Positions 23,473 through 34,677 of a DNA stretch of 64,000 nt are shown in pieces (positions within the stretch are counted from its first letter, which is position 1; each line of letters begins with the position of its first letter). Where the stretch lies: contig NW_027191459.1 in assembly GCF_011745625.1 (NCBI RefSeq), positions 310,001 through 374,000 on the forward strand. The letters run 5' to 3'. The position numbers and the translations under genes are program-made. Origin of the DNA: Cladosporium halotolerans. Its lineage: Eukaryota. A model generated the notes under the pieces. The model was not told the origin of the DNA. It saw only the letters and a program-made list of their open reading frames with translations, and did not search any database.

Positions 23473-24486
23473 TCAGCCAAGTTTGGCAATCAGCGCGTCC
23501 ATCTGCTTTTCGATGTTCTTCAAACCCTTGATAACGTTCTCGTCCTTGCCCTCTCCGGGAGCCCACTTCGCATGCGCAAAATCAATCATCTTGACTTTGA
23601 ACGTAGGCGGCGGGCCCTCCTCTTCCTCCTCTTCCTCTTCAGCCTCGCTCTCCTTCAGCTCTCGTGTGGTCGGTGCTCGCTCATCCACCCTGGGAGTCTT
23701 CTTGTCCTCCTGGCCGCGCATCAGCGAGCCGAGAGTCTCGCCATCACCCTCGTACACGATAAGAACACTGGCACTGTACATCCTCGATTCGGTCCGCTCG
23801 AGGATGTGGCGAGCCTTAGTAATCTCAGCAAGGATAGTCTCGAGCAGCTCTGCCGCCTTCTCGGCTTCCACGCCCGGGGTGAACAGCGGCGCGAAGTACG
23901 TCTCGAAGCCATTGTTGACATTCTCGGCGCTAAATTTGCGGCCGTAGAACTTGTCGTACGTGTCGAAGTCCTGCCCGTTCCACACCACCATGCCCGCGAT
24001 GCGGAAGTTCAGCGAGCCGCTCGTCGTCTCGGAGGCGACCTTGTCGAGCCTCGCGGCCTTCTCCTCGCTCGTGCCATCGGCGTAGAGTCTGGACCCAAGC
24101 TTCAAATCGAGCACATTGGCTTTCTTGAAGCCAGACGTCAAGTTCTCGAGCACGATCGCCGTCTCGGTGGCGATTTTGGCGCCGTGCAGCCGCTTTTCGG
24201 CCAGCTCCTGTTCTGTAGCCGCGTCGCCCGCGATCTGAGCTACTTGAGCATCCGGGACCGAGGCGGGTGCGCCGAGTGAGAGGGTTCCCATGAAAGTGGG
24301 CATGAGTTCGGCGAATTCTGGGTGCTCCGCTTGGGTGGTCTGGTAGAAGTCGATCTCGGCTTGGACGCATGGTTTGATGACCATCTCTCCCGACTCGTCT
24401 GCTAGGACACCATCGTGGCCGGCGGCGGCGTTAGAGAATGATTTGAGTGTTGATGGGTCGAGAGATTGTTCCTTGGAAGAAGCCAT
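23473..24486 (-). CDS. IPK2: Inositol polyphosphate multikinase (Ipk2/Arg82 family)
   Basis: AAGHDGV, IKPC..EIDFY, IVLENLT.GF..NVLDLKLG, TTSGSLNFRI.GM, SRMYSASVLIVYEGD, MIDFAH. Confidence 0.88.
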   Translation of the reverse strand: MASSKEQSLDPSTLKSFSNAAAGHDGVLADESGEMVIKPCVQAEIDFYQTTQAEHPEFAELMPTFMGTLSLGAPASVPDAQVAQIAGDAATEQELAEKRLHGAKIATETAIVLENLTSGFKKANVLDLKLGSRLYADGTSEEKAARLDKVASETTSGSLNFRIAGMVVWNGQDFDTYDKFYGRKFSAENVNNGFETYFAPLFTPGVEAEKAAELLETILAEITKARHILERTESRMYSASVLIVYEGDGETLGSLMRGQEDKKTPRVDERAPTTRELKESEAEEEEEEEEGPPPTFKVKMIDFAHAKWAPGEGKDENVIKGLKNIEKQMDALIAKLG

Positions 24487-25190
24487 CTTTAGTTGATCTG
24501 TCTTGATGCGGCCGGGGCACAAAGATTCTTGCGGTTCCAGTCTGAAAATGGCGACTGAGGAAATCGACAATTTGATGTATAGAGTTCGCAACCGTGATGT
24601 TATTTATCGAGGCTGTAGATGTTGCTAAGGCTAGGCGTCCTCGTTCTGGAGGCGTGCCTCTGCCTTGCGAGCTGATTGCTTGGCCGACGTTTACAGCCGT
24701 TCGCCTCGGGCGTTCAATCGTTCAGTAGGGCAAGGACGGGCGCTAATGCAGGCACCCGGCGCCAACATCGCCGTTCAACGTCAAGACGAGCTTCAAGGCG
24801 AAGGGGGATGGAGATATCTTGCATATCGCCACATAGAAAGAGGGCGTCCATGGCGCCCAGACGCCCTGTGTTCCCGTGTTGTTAACTGCAAGTCGATTGG
24901 ACGGTGGTCTTGTGTGGTCCACTTGAGCACCGCTGTGATGACCAATCGCCAACTACCTAAATTTCTCACCTCATGTTGGGTCCATGCTAAATGTGACATT
25001 GCGCGCATATGAGTAAATGATTTCCACATGCAACGCGGTGCGATCTCAAATGTCAACTACTTGCTGATGCCCATACAAGGGCCTTCTTCCTGATTGTTTG
25101 CCACGTGAGGCAACAAGGCATCCCGCACCTGCCAAACGCACGTGATCACATCAGTGAAGTTGGTTGTGACAGCACCATCTTCAGCTTCAT

Positions 25191-25223
25191 GCTGCTGCCT
25201 AGCTGCTGCCTAGCTGCTGCCTA
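25191..25223. repeat. Perfect 11-bp tandem repeat (GCTGCTGCCTA)x3
   Basis: Read directly from the sequence. Confidence 0.9.
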
Positions 25224-25360
25224 GAATTTGAGGCAATCACTCACAGTTCTTGCCGCAGAATCGCAATCACAAGGCAGCCATGACTGTTCTGCGAGTCGCT
25301 GCGTCCGAATTCGGCTAGCGTAGCTTTGTGATTTGCCAAGCCCCCGTGCTCCGCGGCACC

Positions 25361-25430
25361 TATAAATTCCTCCTTGCTCCCTGCTCCTGACCAAACCTTT
25401 TCTCCTCAGCTCTCTTTGCCTTTTGGCTTA
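25361..25430 (+). promoter_or_regulatory. Candidate core promoter: TATAAA followed by a CT-rich tract
   Basis: TATAAA at 25361, pyrimidine tract 25367-25430, a canonical-looking intron downstream at 25549-25605. Confidence 0.4.
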
Positions 25431-26224
25431 GATCAAGTGTAGTATCTGTTCTTTTCAGTTTGATCGCTGAAACCTGGCTACGGCCAGTATCTCGTTCAAC
25501 CATTATTTGGAACCACTGGGGGCCCTCTCAGCTTGCTGATGGTCGCCGGTTAGTGTCGCCAGTATCGCACTACCTCTGGCTGACGCGAAATCACTTTTTC
25601 ATCAGTTGTTCTGCTTCATTGCAGGCGCCTGGAGAAGAGTGCAACACCTCCCCTCCCTTCTCGTTCTCATCGCTTGGAGTGTCATGCCGTTTGCCGCTTT
25701 TGATGTCTTCGCCGCGCCCGGAGATGGTGGTATGCTGCGCAGTTGGGCATACTGGCTACCTGGCATGACGACGGTGACATTCACGTTGATCAGGGAGCTC
25801 CTCTAGCGGCGCTCTGATGCTTTCAATCTGATGCTCAGGGCCCTGCTTACACCGCTGACGTTCTTGTCGCCATGCGCAACTGCGATCCGACGGCGAGGAC
25901 GACCGTCAACGGCCACATAGTCCCCTTGGTCGTGTTGCAGGAGCCCGACATGCACGCACACCGCCGCTCATGGAGCATCCTCAGTTGTATCTCCTAGATT
26001 CGACGGTGACGCTGCAATGGTGACAACCTGCGCGGCGGCGACGAGCCCCTCAGCATAGTGGCGACAGAATAGCGAACGACGACTGACGGCTCACCCACAG
26101 CACGAGCAGGCACGGCGACTACATCACGACAATTGAGCATGCGGTCACTGACAGTGGACAAGATGCAGATAAATAACGGTCACTCATTTCCTCTATCAGT
26201 GAGCTTCAATCCTGACAGCTCCCT

Positions 26225-28032
26225 CTACACCACGTACCGATACAGCGGCGACTTGTCGCCCATCATCAGCAGCTCCTCCTCACTGTACTTCGCGCGCGCC
26301 TCCGCCTCGCTGATCTTATCCCTCCGCCTGTTGACCGATCCATACGACATGCGAAGCACGAGACAAGCGACAATACCCGCCAGCAAGATGCCCAAGCAGA
26401 AGCCGTAACCCAGCCAATACTTCGGCGCCTGCGCCTGCAAGAAGATGTTCGAGCCGATCGCGCCACCGAGGTTGCCGATCGAGATCAGCAGTGCCATACC
26501 AACAGACCGCTTCCACGTCGGCGCCAGGTTGTTACCGATCCAGCTGAGGATGCCGATGATGGGAGGATATACGCCGGCGGGAATGGCGAACAAGAACGCA
26601 TACGTCAGGCCAGGGAAGCGCGGGTGAGGGATGGAGAGCAGGGCGATGAAGGCGCAGGCGCTCATGCAGAACGGCCCGATGATGAAGGGCCAGCGCGTCT
26701 GGTGCTTGTCGGACAGCCAGGCGAAGAGGATCGTCGCGCACGCGCCGACGAAGTACACCGGCACGGTCAGCAGCTGCGCTTCGATACTCGTGTACCCGAG
26801 ACCGAGGATGATGGCGGGCGCGGAGTACGTGAAGCCGTACAGCGGGATCGAGTTGCCCCAGTAGACGATGACCGCGAGCCAGATGCGCCAATCCGTCAGC
26901 GCGGACGTGATGTAGCGCCACTGGAAGGACTCCGACGTCTGCACCCTGCCGCTCTTGGTGCCGGAGTCCGCAGCGAGACGCCTGATGAGGTACTGCTGCT
27001 CCCACGGCTTCAACCAGCTCGCGGACTGAGGAGCATCCGGCAAGATCCAGTACAGAGTTGCGCCGACGACGACGGTCAGGATGCCCTCGAGGATGAAGAT
27101 CCACCTCCAGCCGCCCAGGCCTGCGATGCCGTCCATGTTGACAATGGCCGCTGCCAGGAGACCGGAAAAGGCGGATGCTAGGGAGGCTGCGGAGAAGAAG
27201 ATCGCCATTCGCGTCTGCACCTCGAAGCGGCAATACCAAGTCGTAAGCAGGTAGGTAGCGGCAGGGAAGAATCCACTCTCGAAGAGACCCAGAAGCACTC
27301 TGGTGACGATGAGGTGTTCGTCTATCATTTATGGTCAGCAAGAGCAAGGGTGTCAAACAAGGATCTGCGGATGGTTCGTACACGTCTCAACGATGCCTTG
27401 TAAGGTCATGACCTGAAGCAAGGTCAGTCAACTGGTTCGGGTTCAAAGGTCTGGTGTCCATTTAAAACTTACGATACCCCAGAGCACCATCAGGATCGAG
27501 ATCCAGATACTTGGCCGCATGAGCTTGAGGACGATATTCGAGGGCACCTCGAAGATGGCGTATGGAAAGAAGAAGCTAAGGACTGGCTGTCAGAATCCAT
27601 GCTCAACCGCCAATGGGGATCGGAGATGCTCACACTGTCAAAGCCATGTTGTACTGCGCGCCCGTCAACTCCAGCTCTGCGTTCATGCCCGCGACTCGAG
27701 CATTTGCAATGTTGCTTCCTTCTCAAGGTTAGGATCTATTCGGTGACTGCTGAGATTGCACTGCGACTCACGGTCGAGGAAGGCGAGGAGGTAGAGCACC
27801 GCGAGAACGGGAATCAGTCGGAAGTCGACTTTGCGCAGTATGCGCTTGGTCTCCTTCGGATCGAATGCGGGCTCCTGCTTCGTGAGTTAGTGGCGGTTTG
27901 TGAGAACGCAATGATTTGCAATCAGCTTACTTCTTCGCTTGCGCTTTGATCGCCATCTTTCTGGTATTCGACATCGTCAACGTGATCCGCTGACTTATCG
28001 ATCTTCTCATCGATGGAGCGAGTGGGGGACAT
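26225..28032 (-). CDS. MFS transporter, anion:cation symporter family (Tna1/Dal5-like); five introns in 27323-27930
   Basis: Spliced RILRKVDFRLIP, LAFLDRSNIANA, FEVPSN, RVLLGLFESGFFP, GLGGWRWIFILEG, MGDKSPLYRY. Confidence 0.92.
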
Positions 28033-28851
28033 CTTGTCAGCTTTCCCTCAGTGCGGGCACTGCGAACAGGACAACGTGAAGAAGACGGAAGAAACTGAAA
28101 CTGCGAAGATCCTCTGGTTTTACTCCGTCACTCGCCAAGTAAATACCACGGTAATGCCACGCGCGATAGATCGCCGCGGCTCCAGCACGACGGGCGACCG
28201 CCATGTGCGTGAAAGGCGCTCGTGCATAAAGTTCCTGATCAGCATCGCTTCTGCCTCGCCGCCGACGTATGAGTGAGAGCTGAAGTCCCCACGTTGAGGT
28301 GCAGATCTATACCACTCCCACGTATAGAGTTGTCCCCCGCACGCGGAGGCTTGGGGAGCCAAGTGGTGGTATGGGGCCTGATCGTCACTGTGTCAGCACG
28401 AGAGAAACACCGAGGGTACAACGTTGCGCGAGCGGCCAATAGACAGTGCGAAGGGCGCTTGGCATTGAGGTATACACTTCCCGAGGGTGCATTGTCTGTG
28501 GGTCGATGGCCCATTGCTCATCGTGTGCAGAGCTGCTGATCACGAAAACGCAAATGGGCTGTATGGTATGGGGCAGGCACAGCTTACCTGACACACGCAT
28601 CTTTTCACTTTGATGAGCAAAGATTGGGCGACTGTCTCCACTGCTAGGTCTGGATTCTGCGCAGTTGAAATGGCATATGACAAGCACCGTAGTGTGTTGT
28701 TGACACCAACACCAATAAAGGCAAGTTGCAATGTTGTGCACGCTGTCTTCCGAGACGTACAGTCTTCTTGGAATGAGCCTATTGGAATTTCCATACAGCA
28801 AGACTTCTATGAGACTGTTTAATTACCAGCATAAGTTTGACAACCCACGGG

Positions 28852-29260
28852 TTACTTCAAAACCCTCACACCCAGCTCTCGCGCCTCCCGGTCGCCCGGC
28901 AGCTCGCTCATCCCTGACAGCTCGGAACCCGACGAAAGATCCTGCAGCCTCGCATCCTGCGGCATGTTAAGCATCCCACTCCCAGCATTATCGTCGTGCT
29001 TCCTCCCAACGGCGGAGTAGGGCGGGGACAGACCTTTCCTGGTTTCATCCACCGCGTGGAGATTCAGAGGCTGTATCTGCGAAGTGAACGAGCTCCTGCT
29101 CTTACTCTTCTCCCACAGAAGCAGACCGGTGACGGATACCATAACGAGAGCGCTGACGCCAACTCCGGCCCCAACGCCTGCTTTTGCTCCGGTGGTGAGG
29201 CCAGCCGTGGTAGCCTGGCCTTCACTTGCATCTTGAGGAGGGGAAGGGCGAGAGAGTCCG
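28852..29260 (-). pseudogene. Remnant encoding a single-pass TM segment and cytoplasmic tail (Mid2/Skg6-like architecture) with no signal peptide or ectodomain
   Basis: GLTTGAKAGVGAGVGVSALVMVSVTGLLLW followed by PPY and ELSG/ELPG motifs; no ATG-initiated N-terminus found. Confidence 0.45.
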
Positions 29261-29429
29261 ACAAAGGGTTTTGGTAACCGACCGGCTTTAGTTGAACAAA
29301 TGGTCTTGATCTTCGTCAATGGGCTCAAGGGTATTGTCACTCTTTTGGATATTCTTCAACGCTTGGCCGAGCCCGTCCCTGTTTATGCCGGACCCGGGTG
29401 CCTGTGCAAGCCACATCGTGTCGCTCAAG

Positions 29430-29811
29430 CCATGGTTTCGACGTGGAGGTCGTGAACAACCTCTACGGATCAGACTGCATCATCATCGAGCACTGGAAAT
29501 ACGATCGCCTCATCGGCGAGTTCAGGGCAAAAGAACACCGCAAATGCCTCGGGTCGGAGGAAGAGGTGTGGGATCCGCAGAAGAAATTGGACGAAGCGAA
29601 GTTTGTCCACTTCTCCGACTGGCCTCTTCCCAAGCCTTGGTTACCTCATAACAAGGCCCAGGAGGAGAAGGCCCAGCCTGACTGCCATCCTACTGGTACG
29701 AGCGAGGACTGTCGCGATCCTGAAATATCTTTGGGTCTGTACGCGGACTTTGCGCGGCGGAGAAAGCTAATTGATGTACAGCCGAATTTGCAGCCCGAGG
29801 GAGATGGTTGA
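29430..29811 (+). pseudogene. C-terminal fragment of a GT8 glycosyltransferase (Gnt1-like glucose N-acetyltransferase)
   Basis: FDVEVVNNLY, GEFR, EEVWDP, EAKFVHFSDWPLPKPW, LYADFARRRK resemble the Gnt1 C-terminus; no N-terminal DxD half and no ATG. Confidence 0.65.
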
Positions 29812-30390
29812 TGCAGAAGCGATTTGTTGGATCGATCAACGGCCGAGTCAGTCAAACTCATAGATGCTATGCGTGTAAATGAGTAGTCGTTCATGCGGAT
29901 CGTTGCCTTGTCCTTTTCCCTATGAATCATTACAACCTAGGCCCTTCCACTGCATTTGGGTGCGATTGGGTGTTATCAAAACCCCATACCTGATCGGAAC
30001 CGGACAGGCTGGACAGAGATTAGGAGACTCACGGTGTCTGTTAGGGCCCGGTGTAAGAGGAAGGCTCGTATAGGGCTCAGTTCAACGGCACAGGCAGTGA
30101 TTATCACGCCGCTTAGGGAGGAAAAAAGTATTAGTGGTGATCAAAATTTTTTGGGAATTCTTGGGAGAAGACTGCATTTTGGTGATAAGGGCTGTCACAG
30201 GCATTGCCGCAAATGTGGGGATTGTAACCTCTCTCGCATTTTGGGATAATGGGTATCTAGCTAATCCTCAGATGGAGGCAGGAAAGAGCCACGCAACACA
30301 CCTAGAAAAGCCAACCTCTGCCATCCTTTCGTTCGTCATCAGTGTCAGACTCCGTTCGCGCGTTGAAGTTCATTCACCCATTCGCCCCAT

Positions 30391-31020
30391 TCAGACGATT
30401 GCCATGGTGTGAAACGTGATACTTGCTTGCTGGACGACGTTGACCCAGCCAGGGAACTGGGCCCATGCATGCAAAGCAACAACATCGCCAACCTTCAGAA
30501 AAGAAACCCACTCAGCCTCCTCGATATCTTGCGAATCCGCTCGCAATGTGATCTCGTGCATTTGCCAGTTGCGCTGCGCCACTGGGTTCCGGCAGAGTTC
30601 CCTTTGCTCCAAATTAAAACGTCTGGAAGTGGCTTCAATGGCGACACGCATTGACGCATCGTCCTCACTCGGTGTGGCCTTCTTCGCTGTGAACCACGTC
30701 CACGAACCATCATGCGGATTGCTGGTCCATCCCTGATCATGTGATGAGATGTTAAAGACGACCTTGCGGACAGGTTGTTGGATGCGGGAAGGAGAGGCGA
30801 CCGCGTCACTTCTCATGATCTCTTTCGGGGCGTTGCCTTCACGAACGGCAACTTTTCTCTTCAAGCTTGTCTGCGTGGTCGTGGTCCAGTAGATCTCTGC
30901 TTTGTCCATGACGTCGGATACCAAGTCTGGAATCAACTTCTGCCGCAGAAGAAAAGCAATGTGGTAGATATGATGCCCCTGCTCGTCTGCGGAGAACGGG
31001 ATTGGTCGCTGAGACATCAT
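30391..31020 (-). CDS. Hypothetical fungal protein with SHDQGW..SWTWF motif
   Basis: Open frame with PVRKVVFNISSHDQGW, GSWTWF and AWAQFPGWVNVV, a motif set recalled from uncharacterised fungal proteins; start uncertain. Confidence 0.7.
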   Translation of the reverse strand: MMSQRPIPFSADEQGHHIYHIAFLLRQKLIPDLVSDVMDKAEIYWTTTTQTSLKRKVAVREGNAPKEIMRSDAVASPSRIQQPVRKVVFNISSHDQGWTSNPHDGSWTWFTAKKATPSEDDASMRVAIEATSRRFNLEQRELCRNPVAQRNWQMHEITLRADSQDIEEAEWVSFLKVGDVVALHAWAQFPGWVNVVQQASITFHTMAIV

Positions 31021-32015
31021 AATTGCTTGAGTGAGTGTTGTCGTGGTTTGACGGCCTGGAGATGTTAAAAATTTCAATGAGAAAAGCTCTCGGTGTGAGT
31101 TGTGCTCAGGTTTGGCTCAATTGGGGTCATTGGTTATATCATTTGAGAGCAAAGGGTCACCAGGCTGAAGCAGGCTACTCAGCCACGAGGTGAACGCAGT
31201 GAAGGTGGCCTCTTAGTGGCGCCAGAGTACTCGGGAAGTACCCGAACCAATGAGCAGCTTCGCTGACTGAGGCGCAAGCTGCATGTGGTAGCCAGCAAAC
31301 TTGTAGCTTCCATGTGAATGCAGCAGTCTCAGGCAGTTCAGAGACCGGCTTAAGAGTGATGTTCGTTTGCCTTCGAGGTGATCTCCAGGGTTGACGGCTC
31401 TCTCGGAGACTAGTCGGCTACAGTATCGCGGAAGCTAGCCAGAGTCGAGTTAGCGTTATTGATCTGGTCGAACCATACGATTACATCGGAGGTGATCTCA
31501 CGGTTAAAAAAGACGATCTTTCGTCTGGGATATGGCCCGAATGACCGCTGGTTAAAAAGGCAAGAAAAGATGCTGGCCAAAATTGGGGTCTGACTGATAG
31601 GCAGAGAGCACTCATCCATGCTTGATCAACAATATCGGCGGAGCTTGATGGGAGCGTGCTTGCTCTGTGGAATTGTCAGGGCGGCATTGACACTGGTGAA
31701 AGAGGTACCCAGAATTTTGACAAGATTGTTATCACGCGGGTCCTCGATCGATATGAAAGCTCAAGGAAGAAAGAAGTCTTCCCAGCAAACAATATTACCC
31801 AGATAGAATCCAAGTCGTCTGTCTTAATCAATGAGATCTATACCACAGCGGGTCTCAGAGAATTGCGATACTGGGGTTAGATAGCTAGGAATACGTGAAG
31901 TTATTGCGTCGGAACGTCGTCATCCGAAGCCCTAACTCATTGGCAATGATTCACGAGGTAAGCCCGTCGCCCGCGTGCTTGCAACAGCCGAAGACAGCAA
32001 GTATGAGGTGGCTGT

Positions 32016-32945
32016 TTACACACTGAGATCTAACACCCAAGCAATCGCCATTGCGAGCAAGCTTGTAAGCCCCGCCATTGCGAGGTTAACACCATTATTG
32101 GTCAGGATGTCCCTGCCCAACTGAACCCGACTTCCGCCAGCAAGAACCTTGACCCTCTGTCCTCCAGGGCCTTCGACGACCTTGCCACTTCCTCTGTCAG
32201 TCACCGTAGCTTGCACCGTTGCACCCAGGAAGGAATCCAGAATGCTGCCGAAGACGCCCATCAGACACACCAGAATGCCGACGTCAGTGCTGAGCACCCT
32301 GTACGGCGGCATGAAATAGGTACCGATGTAGGCGATGACGGTGATCAAGAAGCTAGCGAGCAGTCCGTAAGCCAAGCCTTCGATGGTGATTCCTCCATTC
32401 GTGCCCCGAGGGACCTTTCTCCAAGGTGCGGTGACGAGAACAGGCGTTGATTTTGCTAGGATTCCCAACTCCGAGCCAAAGGTATCAGCTGCGACAGCTC
32501 CGTAGTGCGCCATGATGCCGATGGGCAACACCCCTTGCAACTTCGGTGCGTAGATTCCAGGATTGACCCCCAACCGCAGGGCCATGTACGGATTGCTCCC
32601 AGCAAGGTAAGTGTGCAGTGCAATGAGAACGGACGCGATGCCGCCGTTTGCCACGACTTGCATCCAGTTCCTTGGGCCTTCGCCTCCAGACGAGCCGTCA
32701 GAGGACTTCGTCAGGCGAGCTTTCTCGGCGTGACCGATCTTGGTGACCAGTACTCCGAGGAGGAAGAAAGGGACCAGAAGCCAGAAGAAGACCGGGAAAG
32801 GATCCAGCATGTGCACTGTCGCTACGATTATAGCCATGATGATGCCGCCGGGCGTGAGCTTGTTCTTGGCTAGAGCAAAAGTGACCAGGCCGATGGTCGC
32901 GGTGATTTGTCCGGCATGGTCGCGAGCGAAGGTGGTGAGATCCAT
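32016..32945 (-). CDS. DUF92/TMEM19 family membrane protein
   Basis: KLTPGG, GGEGPRNWMQVVANG, AADTFGSELG, VPRGTNGGIT, GSILDSFLGATVQ, LTNNGVN. Confidence 0.9.
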   Translation of the reverse strand: MDLTTFARDHAGQITATIGLVTFALAKNKLTPGGIIMAIIVATVHMLDPFPVFFWLLVPFFLLGVLVTKIGHAEKARLTKSSDGSSGGEGPRNWMQVVANGGIASVLIALHTYLAGSNPYMALRLGVNPGIYAPKLQGVLPIGIMAHYGAVAADTFGSELGILAKSTPVLVTAPWRKVPRGTNGGITIEGLAYGLLASFLITVIAYIGTYFMPPYRVLSTDVGILVCLMGVFGSILDSFLGATVQATVTDRGSGKVVEGPGGQRVKVLAGGSRVQLGRDILTNNGVNLAMAGLTSLLAMAIAWVLDLSV

Positions 32946-33586
32946 AGCAATTTATGCGGGGAGTTGCCACTGCGAGAAGATGGAAAAGGTCTAGTTATTG
33001 TAGGTTGGCGGCTTTATACCCCCTTGCAGGATCAACGTTAGCAATAATAATTGTCCAGCATGACGTCGGGTAGCAAGGGTTGCTTTGACGCAGATGGATG
33101 AAGCTGCATAACCACTCACCAAGTAAAAGAGACGGAGATAGCAGGGATAGAATGAGAGCAAGATTTGAATGGCGTGTGCAATAACTCAAGATTCACAGAT
33201 CGGCCACGAACAGGGGAGAGCGTGCACCTAAGATCAGCAATGGTCTGATGATTCTGGGCTGGCTCCGCTGGCAACGCCGAACAATGAGAACCGCTTGTTT
33301 TGCCAAGCCGAGTCCTGAGCTTTGCTCAAATGCTCTGTTTGATGCCACGAACAGAAAGACAAAGAAAGACAGGGAAAGGAGCTTGCTGTATGCAATAGCA
33401 TTGCTTTCTCACAAACGAGAGTTGTAATCATCCGTCAGGAGCGATAGCTACGAGAATTGTTGCGTGAGTCGTGATAGGTTAAGACAGCAACTTCGTGTGC
33501 ATAGAAAACTCGTGTCTCGTATCATTCAATTATAGTACAAACAGCTATGGACATGAGTTCCGATTGTTCGCATTCGGATAATGCCA

Positions 33587-34399
33587 TCATCGCTTCTTAG
33601 TTTTGGGCTCCGCGAAGGCCTTCATGTCCGACAGAGTGTCCAAGTCATTCTTGCCCCCAGCGTTTCCAAGATACTTCTCCTCGTCATTGTTGGAATAGAA
33701 CATCTTGGCGAGCTGTTCCTTTTTCTTCTTCGCTTCCTCCTCCATCTTTCTGATCGCCTTGGGGCCCAGCTTAACAGGCTTCGGTTTCTCCACTGCCGGC
33801 GCCAGTTTCGCACCCACGCCGGCGTTGTCCGGCTTCTGGAAAGCTCTGATGGGCTGCAGTATCCCTTCACCAGTAGCGCCCAGTCCCAATTTGCTGTCAG
33901 GATCCCAGCCTTGCGCCTGCAAAACGGCGAAGCCTTTGCGGTTACGGTCGACGTGTGATGGCGGATGAGAGTGCGGGATATTAATTTGGTGTACGATGCT
34001 GCCCAGGTGTTCTGCCATCGACTCTGAGGAACTGAGGTACCTACGGCAGAGATTGCAATATGGCTTACTGTTGTCAGTATCTGATGCGTGGCCTGCCTGG
34101 TCTGTGGCGGAGACTGGCCCTTCGGGCCCTTTTGCATCGCTTCTTCCACCTTGCGCTGGTTGGTCAGGCGCTGGCGCTGAAGATGCGCGTTCGGCAGTGT
34201 TGGACTTGCTGAGCGCGGAGACTTGGTATCCCTCTGGTACCACGAAGGATCTTGGGGTCTTAGAGAGGCTCGCGCTGTGGTTTGTCTGTTCGCTCGCTGG
34301 CACGAACTGGACGCGCTTCCTCTTCAAACCTGATCCAAAATACCTCTGATCGAGCAGTGGAATATCGTATTCTTCGTCATCGTCATATGGCGCAGCCAT
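33587..34399 (-). CDS. G-patch domain protein with a U1-type-like zinc finger
   Basis: G-patch RKGFAVLQAQGWDPDSKLGLGATGEGILQPI; CNLC..HLGSIVH; FGSGLKRKRVQFVPA. Confidence 0.85.
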   Translation of the reverse strand: MAAPYDDDEEYDIPLLDQRYFGSGLKRKRVQFVPASEQTNHSASLSKTPRSFVVPEGYQVSALSKSNTAERASSAPAPDQPAQGGRSDAKGPEGPVSATDQAGHASDTDNSKPYCNLCRRYLSSSESMAEHLGSIVHQINIPHSHPPSHVDRNRKGFAVLQAQGWDPDSKLGLGATGEGILQPIRAFQKPDNAGVGAKLAPAVEKPKPVKLGPKAIRKMEEEAKKKKEQLAKMFYSNNDEEKYLGNAGGKNDLDTLSDMKAFAEPKTKKR

Positions 34400-34677
34400 C
34401 GCCGCTGTGGCAGGGCGGCGTGGTGCGTTCGAGATTGTGGACGGTTGTGTGCATGTGGGAGGGAAGAGGCAGGATCCACGCGACGAGGAAAGCAACAAAA
34501 GCCCGCTTGATGCATCAAATGGAAGGCGCGACGTCAGACCCCGCGCCCGCGAGTCATGCAGGAACATCTGAGGCCGCGATCTTCGAGGGACTACATGGGG
34601 AACCTGACACCTACCATTTTGCGACTCTCGGATGAGAGTGTGATACGACACCGGCTACACAGCCATCTGGACGGACC

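Noticed and set aside
24933..25070. TGATGA..CTGA pair as a possible C/D box snoRNA
   Set aside because: No terminal stem or recognisable rRNA-complementary guide; such motifs occur often by chance.
28300..31950. Transposable element as the cause of the low-GC degenerate region
   Set aside because: No transposase or RT motifs, terminal repeats or target-site duplications could be identified by eye.
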